A DNA stretch of 63,657 nucleotides, the filler included, from Sphaeroforma arctica JP610 (Eukaryota), in assembly GCF_001186125.1 (NCBI RefSeq). It is 6 parts of 2 records of this genome, joined end to end, with 100 filler letters (N's around TTAATTAATTAA, not from the genome) between each part and the next. Parts side by side here need not be neighbours in the genome. Positions count along the whole stretch, not along the records: positions 47,901 to 50,045 come from NW_014040557.1; positions 50,146 to 54,199 come from NW_014040557.1; positions 54,300 to 56,788 come from NW_014040557.1; positions 56,889 to 63,657 come from NW_014040556.1; 2 more parts are not named here. One strand, 5' to 3'. The position numbers and the translations under genes are program-made. Numbering within the stretch: the first letter of the stretch is position 1; each line of letters starts with the position of its first letter. The notes under the pieces were generated by a model. It had not been told where the DNA came from. It saw nothing but the letters and a program-made list of their open reading frames with translations, and did not search any database. Shown here piece by piece: positions 48,654 through 59,415 of the stretch.

Positions 48654-50003
48654 ATGGTCTGGGATACAATCCGATATCTCGAGTCTGGAATGCGTGTGTA
48701 TAAGTACAGCAATGGGCAACCGCTTATCAAGTATGTGGTTCTCTGCCTCGCTCTCGTTATGTATTTTTATATGTATGTGTCGTGGGTGTTTTGTACAAAC
48801 ACTTGACACGCATATAATCCGCCTGTGCGTAATGTCAGTATACACGCCCACAAGCATTCTGAGTCTCCTCGTACCCAAGCAATACGTATATGTTAGAAGA
48901 TCTGCCTTTTGGCAAAACGCATGGTAGTATCTAGAGGCTAGGTTTTGATCTCTCTGACACAGGCAGTGGTCGTCGCGATCACTAGGCCACTGCCAGTCTT
49001 GATTCTAAAACTTTTTGTTCCAGTTTTTTTCAATTCTATAATATATGTATATTCAAACATACACAAGTTTCTGTTGAAACTATCATCACTAAAAGAAGGT
49101 ATGCATACATCTGTAGGTACAATCCAATCACCGGCGACGCTGTGCTGGACGTCAATGGCAACCAGATCCCTGAGCCTCTCCGTCTGATCGAGTTGAACGA
49201 AGGCGAAACCCCCATGAACCTGGAGGCCGCCCTAGAGGGAGGGCAGAGCGAATACGACAGCAAGGTAACAGTAAAACGATACGCTTACGGTTTGTACTTG
49301 TATCCATGGTCAGCGTTGTATGGTGTAATACGGTGTGGTTTAGTGTGGTTTCAGGTCTGTGTGATCCGCACCGAAGAAACAATCTGATATCCGGTGATAT
49401 TACCTCAAAACATATATTAATGTCGCGTACTTGACACCGTCATACACATCTCTACATATAGTATTTTCATATTATATCTCGCATCCAATCACCAAGTACA
49501 CGACATATGGTTTTAGTCAGCGTATTACGAATGTATTGCGAGGTAGCTGGAGGTAGTTTTGATCCGCACGGTAGTTTGTTGATAAGTCACGTATGCCACT
49601 ATTCTTCATATCTCTACGTATAGGCTCTTATCATATCTCGCATCCAATTATCAAGCACAACGGCATGCGTGCGTAGTCAACGTTATATAAATGTAAGCCG
49701 AAACCAGGCCAAACAGTTTCGCATTGCATTTATATAACGTTGATTATGCACACATGCCGATGTGTTTGATATTTGGATGCGAGATATGATAAGAGCCTAT
49801 ACGTAGAGTTCGGAGTTGTTCGGAGTTGAAATTAGTCCAATTGGTCACACAATAATCCTTGTCTCATTATTCCGTGATACACATGACAGTTGTTCCTTGA
49901 CATTCTGGTGGATGTTCTACGCGCAATCGTTCAGTTCGACGATGTGTCGCCGAAGATAGGATTTACAGCCAACGGAGAGCCCACCATTCCAGATTACAAC
50001 GAT
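48654..50003 (+). CDS. Partial intron-containing gene, unknown product (3 exons)
   Basis: AG/GT-bounded, phase-compatible exons 48654-48730, 49117-49264, 49890-50003 giving MVWDTIRYLESG...YNPITGDAVLDVNGNQIPEPLRL...LFLDILVDVLRAIVQFDD...; no family recognised. Confidence 0.65.
49612..49808. repeat. 197-bp foldback inverted repeat (93-bp arms, 11-nt loop) inside an intron
   Basis: 49612-49704 is the reverse complement of 49716-49808; the outer ~36 bp are perfect. Confidence 0.9.
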
Positions 50004-50919
50004 GTATGTATCGTTGTATATGTATATACAGACATACATACACACNNNNNNNNNNNNNNNNNNNNNNNNNNNNNNNNNNNNNNNNNNNNTTAATTAATTA
50101 ANNNNNNNNNNNNNNNNNNNNNNNNNNNNNNNNNNNNNNNNNNNNGAGTGTGTATGTGCTCTAAGCAGTGAAATCCAGTGCTTAATACAGCCTATATACT
50201 CTACTCTGGTGAATATAGCCCAACTATACGCCATCACACACGTGTGACTGCAAAGTGTACGTGTGTGGGGGTATCGCATGCGCATGTGTTGGCCATTAGC
50301 CGGTGTATATGTGTATATATGTGTATACGCGTGTACATATGCGTATATGTGTGTATATATGTGTATATACGTATATATGTGTATATATATGTGTTTCTCT
50401 TCATTGCTTCATTTGAGACGATTCACGACCTTTGTATGTGATCTTCTACACGGTTAGTGCATATGGGGTTGTCCTAGTTGCCTTTGCTGCAATTGAGTGA
50501 CATTTCAAAACATGCTCGGCCTTTGTGCTCAAGTCCTAATAGAATGACACCATCGCGACAAACATAAACCCTAAACCCTACTGTACTGGCGGTGCTTAGT
50601 TTTAGCTACGCCATAGATAACGCGCTTATCGTGCTGGCTGCCACAGCATTCAAGTGTAGTCAGCGATCACACGTTTGCAGTACAGATACAAACCGGCGAA
50701 TACAACAATGGTGTGCGGTTGTGGTACAAGTGTTGTCATGCAGAAGCTTCGAACGGGTTGGAGGTGGCATTAATATGGCAAGATCTGATGTATCTACTAT
50801 TCACCATTGAACCCAGGTGTGGGCTGGTCCAGAACCTTGTGTTCAATTTATAGCTCTCTTCACGACTGAAAGAACTCCGTACGAGTCATCAACTCACACG
50901 TCCTGTCTATTAACCGCAG

Positions 50920-53694
50920 GAAGGGCTGGGCGACTACAGCGACAGCGATGTCGAGTGTCTGCAAACACTCCACGCCATTCTCAGCCACAAAGACTCGGCC
51001 AACTGGCCCCCGGCTGTGGTGCTTATGCTGACAACCAACGTGGACAAGGCCGCGGGCTGTCATGGCAACCGTGACGAGAAGGTATGCCATTCGCCCGTGA
51101 GCCATACTATTTTAAGTACACGTCCTGAATACACAGTATCTTAAGCCGCATATAGCAGCCATAGCAACATAGGAGCGTATCTAACCACTGCCGTGCAGCT
51201 CTTATTTTGTTGTTCTTCGAGAGCACAGGTGTTGTCCGGTATCGACTCGGAGCGGACCGATTATATATACAAAGAGATATTATTTTCTGGTATAGTGTGC
51301 AAGTAAACATCGTGTATATATCTACGGACATGATGATACAGTACGGCACTTTAGACACTTTAGACATTGTGATCGACTCTTTCCCACAGCTGCAAAGTTT
51401 AAGATGTGGCTGCTGCACCTGTATATCAGTCGCGTCAGTCCAGTAGTCCACTCTGGCGGCAGAGGTAACAGGATAGTTCACACGCGAATAGTATCAGAAT
51501 CAGGACCCATATGTATCATATTTAGGTATTGGTAAAATATATTCATATATTAGATCATGTATTTAGAGTCGACCTGGTCTGTGGCGACACTGAGATGAGC
51601 ATCCTTTCCGCTCCTGGCAACTGTAGCAGAATGCCAAAGCTGAACACACTACACACGCGATCCTCTTTATATTTACTAGTACATATGGTATACACCTACA
51701 CAGCTATAGTCCCACTATAGGCCTATACTGTAACCTTCGTCTTGCAGATTACATGTACTTTCTACACATGACTTGTAGTGTGTGCATGCTTATTGTAGTA
51801 CTGTATCATTATTATATATATGATCATACATACGTTATACACCTACACAGCTATAGTCTAACTATATGCCTATACTATAGTTTTCGTCCGGCAGATCATA
51901 CATACCTTATACACCTGACTTAGAAGGTATGTATAATTTCTATACTAATATATTATTATTATATATATAATCATACATACCTTCTATACCTGACTTATAA
52001 GGTATGTATGATTTCTATACTAATATATTGTTATTATATATATGATCATACATACCTTATACACATGACTTATAAGGTATGTATGATTTCTATACTAATA
52101 TACTATTATTATATATATGATCATACATACCTTCTATACCTGACTTATAAGGTATGTATGATTTCTATACTATATTATTATTAATTTCTATACTAATATG
52201 TTATTATTATATATATGATCTTACATACCTTCTATACCTGACTTATAAGGTATGTATGATTTCTATACTAATATTATTATTAATTCCTATACTAATATAT
52301 TATTATTATATATATGATCATACATACCTTCTATACCTGACTTATATGGAATGTATGATTTCTATACTGATATATTAATATTATATATATAATCATACAT
52401 ACCTTATACACCTGACTTATAAGGTATGTATGATTTCTAGGCTAATACATTAAATATTATATATATGATTATACATACCTTATACACCTGACTTATAAGG
52501 TATGCATGATTTATATACTAATATATTATTAATATATATATGAACATACATACCTTTTACCTGACTTATAAGGTATGTATGATTTCTATACTAATATATT
52601 ATTATTATATATATGAACATACTTACCCTCTATACCTGACTTATAAGGTATGTATGATTTCTATACTAATATATTAATATTATATATATGATCATACATG
52701 CCTTCTATATCTGACTTATAAGGTATGTATGATTTCTTTACTAATATATTATTATTATATATATGATTATACATACCTTATACACCTGACTTTTAAAATT
52801 TGTATGATTTCTATGCAAATATACTATTAATAAATATATGATCATACATAACTTACACACCTACACAATTATAGGCTAGCTATAGGTCTATACTATAGCC
52901 TTCGTTTTGCAGATCATACATACCTTAGTGTCGATTTCGCGGGCATTGCGATAGCGGAGTGCTTGAAGTGTAACAGTTCTGTTTCGTATAATCGGAGTGT
53001 AACAGTTGAATTCCAATCAGAATTTAACTGTGCTGTGCTAAACAGGTCTACATGATTGAAATTTAAATTAAAACTAACCGTTCCATTTTAACCTAATTCT
53101 CACAGTTCGATAACAAATAATTTTAACAGTTCTGATACAAATGTAAATTTAACAGTTACAATATATTCAAAATCGAACCGTTCTATTTTAACATAAATGT
53201 AACAATTCTGTTACAATGTTAAATTCAATAGTTCAGTTATGCTTGCAATTTAACCGATCTATTACGACCGGTCCCAAATCCAGACCCGGCAACCTTCACC
53301 GCAACGCAGGACCAGATTTGGCCTCACCAGCAGAATAGAAGCACTCCTCAAGGTATCACATATGGAGAAGACAATTCAACGGTGCACAGACATGTGTTTC
53401 CTGCTGTGGCAGAGACAGCTAGTACGCATCTACATCAAACGGACTGTTACATCGACCCCGCAGGCCAAAACGGACAAGCGAATGACCGCAAAAGGAGACG
53501 AACAAGTGGGCCTAAACGAGGGCCAAAGGGGGGTGGCTGTGTTGTCTGTCCTATTGGGTGCGGTCGCGGATGGGATGGGGGTGTGTGCTCACGCCCAGCA
53601 CATTGCTCCCGGTCTATTAATAGAACAGCAGCACGCGCATGTGGTGAAGGTGCTGGACGAGTGTCTACTGCAGCCGCTGCCAAAACACGTCGAG
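50920..53694 (+). CDS. Partial intron-containing gene, unknown product (2 exons)
   Basis: Phase-0 exons 50920-51081 (EGLGDYSDSDVECLQ...RDEK) and 53284-53694 (TRQPSPQRR...LPKHVE), both open and AG/GT-bounded. Confidence 0.6.
51690..52925. repeat. Tandem array of ~75-bp AT-rich units, each with an internal inverted repeat (12-13 copies)
   Basis: Unit contains ATCATACATACCTT(ATA) ... (TAT)AAGGTATGTATGAT; a second ~65-bp motif occurs at ~51690, ~51838 and ~52856. Confidence 0.92.
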
Positions 53695-55401
53695 GTATCT
53701 GTGCGACAGCAAACAGAACACTTCAGTGTGAAATAAAAACGGCCACAGCCGCGTGGACGCGAGGCAGCCCCGACACTATACTCCCCCCGGCTATTTTGTT
53801 TGTAGGGTTTAGGGTTTGAAGGTTTAGGGTTTCAGGGGTTCTTTTTAGAACGACAGTTCATATGCGTGGTAGAGGAATTGGGCGAGTGCCTCATACGACC
53901 GTTGGCGAAACACGTAGAGCAGCGTGTGGCGTAACCAAGCAACGCTCTCCGATCATAATGCAGAATATAACATGCAATAACATAGCCCTTTAAATTGATA
54001 GAGGGCTATGGCAACACCACTGCAGCAGCCGAGGTAGATGACAGGGCATGAGATCTCAGTTCACAATAGAAATTGAACAAATTTTTATGAACGGGTAGTA
54101 GCACTTGTCATTCTAGAAGTAAGTAGCGTTGTAGAAAGGACAGATAAGACAGACAGCAGGTATTTAGAGTGCAATGGTAGGCATACACATCCCCTGTAGN
54201 NNNNNNNNNNNNNNNNNNNNNNNNNNNNNNNNNNNNNNNNNNNTTAATTAATTAANNNNNNNNNNNNNNNNNNNNNNNNNNNNNNNNNNNNNNNNNNNNT
54301 ATATATATATACATATATATAGTATATACATACGTTAGTATATACATACATACAAGTATATGCATACATACATACATACACACATATTTATATATTGTTT
54401 ATATCTAAATGGATATACGACGCCTCAATATAAGAGCAAGACGATTAACCGCGCCACCAAAATGCACTCAAATAAGTTTATCACGGATAACTGAGTTGTA
54501 GCATCCATTCAAAAATACCAAGTGCGAATATCGTCAGATGTAGCTTTTCGTCAGCGTGTGTGCTATAATTTAGACGACATTGTCGGGCCAGCCTTAGTAG
54601 TACTAAAGGAAATGGTCTCTACTTGGAAAACAGCTTCGGACCTCATTTGTACTTATAAACGGCATACATACATACATATATACATACATACTTACAGCAG
54701 GAGATTTCCTAACTCCCGAAAGATCAAAGCAAGCCAGCACACACATGACCAGGATTGTCTCTGATAGTGTTTGCTGCCAATGAGGCGACACAGTTGGACC
54801 GGCCCATGTGGAGAAAACGGGGTGTTGTACAGCTTCTATGTATATCTTCTGAAGGTCAATGGTTGCATCGATATGTTGAGCACCGGTTGCCATGGTTGTC
54901 GGACAATAGTCACTTCTTAGCTGATCACTTATTAAGTCTTATTTAGTATATATGTATACACACATATATGTATATGTGTGTAAATCAATCTATATATATA
55001 GACTGTATATACTTTAAGACAAGTTCAAGTCATACATATTAACGTTCATATCATCATATGTGTGCTCAAACAGCTGCTAAGCTTAAAAAAAAGCCATTCC
55101 ACTGTTAAAAATTACCAAATCCGGTTGGGGGGTGTACACAGTTCCTAGTTTCAACCAGTAGTGTGCATCGTATTTTACAATGTAATGATATTCAGATATT
55201 GCCGTGACCACGGGTTGCTACATTTCCCTTATTTGGTATAACCGTTTGTCATCAATTTTTATGGAGTATCTTTTACAAAGCACACAAGAGTTCGTAAATA
55301 CATTTCAAATAAATATTCACGTATAGTGCTTCAAAATATGCATGTATACCCATATAGCCTTCTACGTGACACAGGCTGTGGTATATCACACATTTTTTTA
55401 A

Positions 55402-55527
55402 CACACACACACACAGTCACACACGCACACACACACACAGTCACACACGCACACACACACACAGTCACACACGCACACACACACACAGTCACACACGCAC
55501 ACACACACACATACACACACACACACG
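55402..55527. repeat. 21-bp CA-rich tandem repeat (CACACACAGTCACACACGCAC-like)
   Basis: About 4 copies within a (CA)n tract. Confidence 0.85.
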
Positions 55528-55738
55528 GGAATCATGGGAAATCTACGTAGATAGTACTATTTGCTACTGTCGAAAAGCCTGTGTTGAAATGTATCGCTCG
55601 AAGTGACGATTAGAAAACGTAGTCCCAATTTGAATTCCTTCCTAGCAACGGACTGGTTGCTTTCATAGGACATATAAGTACACACACATGTATTTACACA
55701 TTTATATATAAGTGCATGTGGATCGATATATTTAAAAA

Positions 55739-56098
55739 ATGTTTTCATCCGTGTACTTTACTGTGTGTATGTCCCTATGGCTACACATCTCATCAAGTAG
55801 CACAGATGCGGCCCCGGCAGCCTGGACTATACGTCCCCTTAGCAAATCCAGACACTGGATGACAGATCACACCGAACTAGTACGCAGAGTTTTTCTTAAC
55901 GATGTACGTAGTACCTTACAAGAGCGGTCAGAAGTTATAAGTGGGGTACAAGATACGAATACATGGGAGGACAGACAGATGTTAGTGCGCCAGCAGTTGT
56001 TGGAAGTGCTCGGGCCGTTGCCGACGGAGAAGACGCCATTGAATGTACAGATGAAAGGGAGACTAAGCTGGGATGATGGGAATATCGTAGTAGAGAAG
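55739..56098 (+). CDS. First exon of a probable secreted alpha/beta-hydrolase (acetyl-xylan-esterase-like N-terminus)
   Basis: AAAAATG start, hydrophobic N-terminus ending STDA, and WEDRQMLVRQQLLEVLGPLPTEKTPLNVQMKG...IVVEK followed by a GTATGT donor. The pattern resembles N-termini of bacterial-type esterases, recalled rather than searched. Confidence 0.55.
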
Positions 56099-56423
56099 GT
56101 ATGTGAATGTACAGATGAAAGGGAGACTAAGCTGGGATGATGGGAATATCGTAGTAGAGAAGGTATGTGAATGTACAGATGAAAGGGAGACTAAGCTGGG
56201 ATGATGGGAATATCGTAGTAGAGAAGGTATGTGAATGTTCAGATGAAAGGGAGGATGAGCTGGGGTGATGGGAATATCGTAGTAGAGAAGGTATGTGAAT
56301 GTACATATGAAAGGGAGGATGAGCTGGGATGATGAGAATATCATAGTAGAGAAGGTATGTGAATGTACAGATGAAAGGGAGGATAAGCTGGGATGATGGG
56401 AATATCATAGTACAGAAGGTATG
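56040..56423 (+). repeat. 64-bp tandem repeat (6 copies) duplicating an exon 3' end plus splice donor
   Basis: Units start at 56041, 56105, 56169, 56233, 56297 and 56361. Confidence 0.95.
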
Positions 56424-56888
56424 CCTGACAGAAAAGTGTGGAGCGACTTAGCTGGGATAAGATGCGTGCCTGTGGTTGGGACTGGACGATTAACATTAAT
56501 AGGTGGTACGTGTGTACATCACGTTATAGAAGTAAGGCTGAGCTATAAGAATAGCGCTCAGTGTGGAGTATGAAATGAGTAACCTTTAGCTTTTCGAGCT
56601 ATGAATGAAAATATTCTTGGCGTTCAAATATAGTCACAACGTAAGAGCCACTGATTGGCGAGCTTGGTGGCTTACTGAAGTCCTCCTACACATTTAGCAT
56701 GGAGATTATCTCGTACTCGACGATAGTTTATAGTCAGCCTTTCATGCGCACACATACAAGTATATAAATGTAAGATATGATATATTCANNNNNNNNNNNN
56801 NNNNNNNNNNNNNNNNNNNNNNNNNNNNNNNNTTAATTAATTAANNNNNNNNNNNNNNNNNNNNNNNNNNNNNNNNNNNNNNNNNNNN

Positions 56889-57710
56889 ATTGCTATCGAT
56901 ATCTGTCTTGTTAGATGTGACGTCCGTGCGCAACTGGCCAATATTCGCCTTGTTTTCATCGATATCTTCAATGGCGTTTGTAATGTCCGTACGTATCTCC
57001 TGGTTCCCCTTTACCAGAAGCGCTGTTATGTTGTCCCACTTAATGTCCAGCGGGACACCGCTGGCATCACTGTACACGAGATCCGGTGAAATATCTTGCA
57101 ATTCCTCCACACCGAATCCAAAATGCGTCTCGTCCATGTCGCGGGCCATCTCGGGCTGGTGGCGACTTTCGGCAGAATCGACTACCGAGCTGTACGCATT
57201 GTGTTTGCCCTTGTTAATATATGTAAACTCTTGCACGTCGAGCTGGCCCAGGATTTCACTGGCATCGCGTTCCATGCTAGCAATAGTTGCCTTGCCCTCT
57301 GTTACCGATGACACGTACGTAACCTCGCCCGTTGTGGAATTATACATGAGCATGTTGGGACTTGCGGCGTTTCGGATTGGTTTGATTATTAACGAGTTTG
57401 CCACCTTGTTTGATAGCAGAGTACCCGTTGCGTTCAGGGTAATCGAGTTGTTTGACGACGCATCGGAGCACGCATACGCACCGATTGCCACTGAATGTTC
57501 GCCCTGGTCCACCCTACCCGCCGTCACACCAACCGCGACGCAACCGGTCCCTTGATTCACACTACCTGCACGATCTCCAATGGCGATTGCCGAATCACCT
57601 TGGTCCGTTTTACCTGCTTCCATCCCGACCGCCGTTGCATAACCGGCCTGATTCGTCTCACCGGCTTCGCGGCCGATACGGACATTTCTGCTTCCTACTC
57701 TCCAAGACAT
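56889..57710 (-). CDS. Virion fibre-like protein: glycine-rich head repeats, peptidase S74-like chaperone and coiled coil (3' truncated at gap)
   Basis: Repeats IGREAG/VGMEAG/IGDRAG/VGVTAG with Q-G-x-x-A/S-I/V-A; SSVTEGKATI...FTY...FGFGVEELQDISPDLV...IKWDNITALLVKGNQEI; heptad tail. Confidence 0.8.
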
Positions 57711-57951
57711 TGTCGAAGGTTTTGAATTTTTTTTTTATTGTAGGGGTTTGTCCGCAAATGTGTCGGTGATACATTTCGGACATCTCTACAACAGAAAAAA
57801 AAACATTACGATTGGTCCAACACATACACACACACACACTTAGAAAAATGTACAAACCCAAAATCTTTTGATTGAAAACCGAATTCCCGGGCGCTCTCTA
57901 CACACACTCTCTTGCCCGATAAAAATAAAAAATACACTAAACTTTAAAACC

Positions 57952-59364
57952 ATGTGCGCCGTCCGCTTTGAAGCCCTGCTGGAAGAGCTCGAGGTCAATG
58001 TCCAGCACCAGTACCACGAAAAGACGCCCGAGTACATTGACGAGATTGCCCTGTACCTGGACCTCGTCGATGTCCTGACCAGCAACTACCTTGCGCGGAT
58101 CATCCACATCTGCACCGGGCTCGTGGCCGCCGGGCTCCTAACTAGTGCGCTGGCCCTGCTGTCGGCCGCCGCGCTGGTCTGCGACTCCCGCTACGTCTGC
58201 GCCAAGCCGCGCCCGGTGCTCCGCCTCCACGCCGCCATCCTCGCGGACCAGACATGCTCTGCGTCCGATGCGCTCATTGCCGCCTGCAGGCTGGTCGCCC
58301 TGGTGTCGACAGACGACCGCGCGCACGTCGCCAAAAGCACGGACCTGTATGCCCGGTGCGCAGCCTTTGTTATCAAGAGTGGCCCCGGCGCATTCGAGGT
58401 GACCAAGGCCCTCCTACATGTGTTTGCGGACGCCGACTCGGTTACCATTTCCCATCCCTTCTGCCGCGTTCTGACACCCCAGGTGTTTTCGGCCATGTTT
58501 ATACACTCGGTCGATAGCCCCAGCACCAGGGGCCTGCTGATCGCCATCATGTCGGCGTTTATGCACGACTGCCTGTTCATCCCCGAGCCCGAGTGGCCCG
58601 CGAGCCTGTGTCCCAGCGAGATCCTGGAGTTCTGCTGCGCCCAGGCCACCGAAACACGGTCCCACGGCGCCGTACTCGCCCGGCTCATGTCCGTTGCAGT
58701 GCAGATGCAGTACCACGCCCCGACGACGTTCTGCCCCCGCTCCATCAAGGCGTTCCTGGCCCTGGACGCGGCCAACACCTGCACCGTGCTCCGAGGCTCT
58801 GGTGTCTGGAAGATCGCCGCCATGTACGCCCAGTGCATGCTGAGTGCATCCGGCCACCTCGACGACACGCTGCTGCCACCCGTCGACCTCAGCGACATCG
58901 CCAGCCGCGTCCAGGCCTACTCGGCCTCCGACATGTACATTATGGTGTACGACCACGTCGAGGTCCTGCTGCTGCTGGCCAGGCTGCACCGGCTGCCGGA
59001 GCGCTACGTCGCCGCGCTGCTGGACCCCGGGCTCTTTGAGGTCGTGGCCGACGCCATAAACAAGCTGCTCATCACCCCCAACGCCCCCGTGGGTGTCCGA
59101 CGCACACTGCTAAACACCCTCGAGCTCTACCTGTACTTTGCCGGCCAGTTCCGGCCCGAGATCGGCCTGCTGTACGCGCAGCACATCCAGCAGGCCGACC
59201 GCGCCCTCATCAGCCGGCTCGTGTGCCCCAGCCTCCTCGGCAAGGCCCTGCTGGCGCTGCCGGCCCACGAACACGTCCCAGGGTTCCTGTGCAAGACCAC
59301 GCTGTACGAGACGCACACGGCGCTTGCGAAAAGCGAAATCGCGATCTGCCCGGCGCCCGCTTGA
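57952..59364 (+). CDS. Hypothetical protein (470 aa, leucine/alanine-rich, probably helical)
   Basis: Long intronless ORF with strong GC3 bias; first ATG follows an A-rich leader. Confidence 0.8.
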   Translation: MCAVRFEALLEELEVNVQHQYHEKTPEYIDEIALYLDLVDVLTSNYLARIIHICTGLVAAGLLTSALALLSAAALVCDSRYVCAKPRPVLRLHAAILADQTCSASDALIAACRLVALVSTDDRAHVAKSTDLYARCAAFVIKSGPGAFEVTKALLHVFADADSVTISHPFCRVLTPQVFSAMFIHSVDSPSTRGLLIAIMSAFMHDCLFIPEPEWPASLCPSEILEFCCAQATETRSHGAVLARLMSVAVQMQYHAPTTFCPRSIKAFLALDAANTCTVLRGSGVWKIAAMYAQCMLSASGHLDDTLLPPVDLSDIASRVQAYSASDMYIMVYDHVEVLLLLARLHRLPERYVAALLDPGLFEVVADAINKLLITPNAPVGVRRTLLNTLELYLYFAGQFRPEIGLLYAQHIQQADRALISRLVCPSLLGKALLALPAHEHVPGFLCKTTLYETHTALAKSEIAICPAPA

Positions 59365-59415
59365 GACGACGAAAAGAAGAACAAACCAAAGAAAAGAAAG
59401 CACCCGAAACCCAAC

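Noticed and set aside
51690..52925. CRISPR-like palindromic repeats with spacers
   Set aside because: Linkers are near-identical rather than unique, no cas-like genes, eukaryotic intron context.
53981..54010. 30-bp mini inverted repeat CATAGCCCT...AGGGCTATG as a tiny MITE
   Set aside because: Only 9-bp arms and an imperfect flanking duplication; cannot be told from chance.
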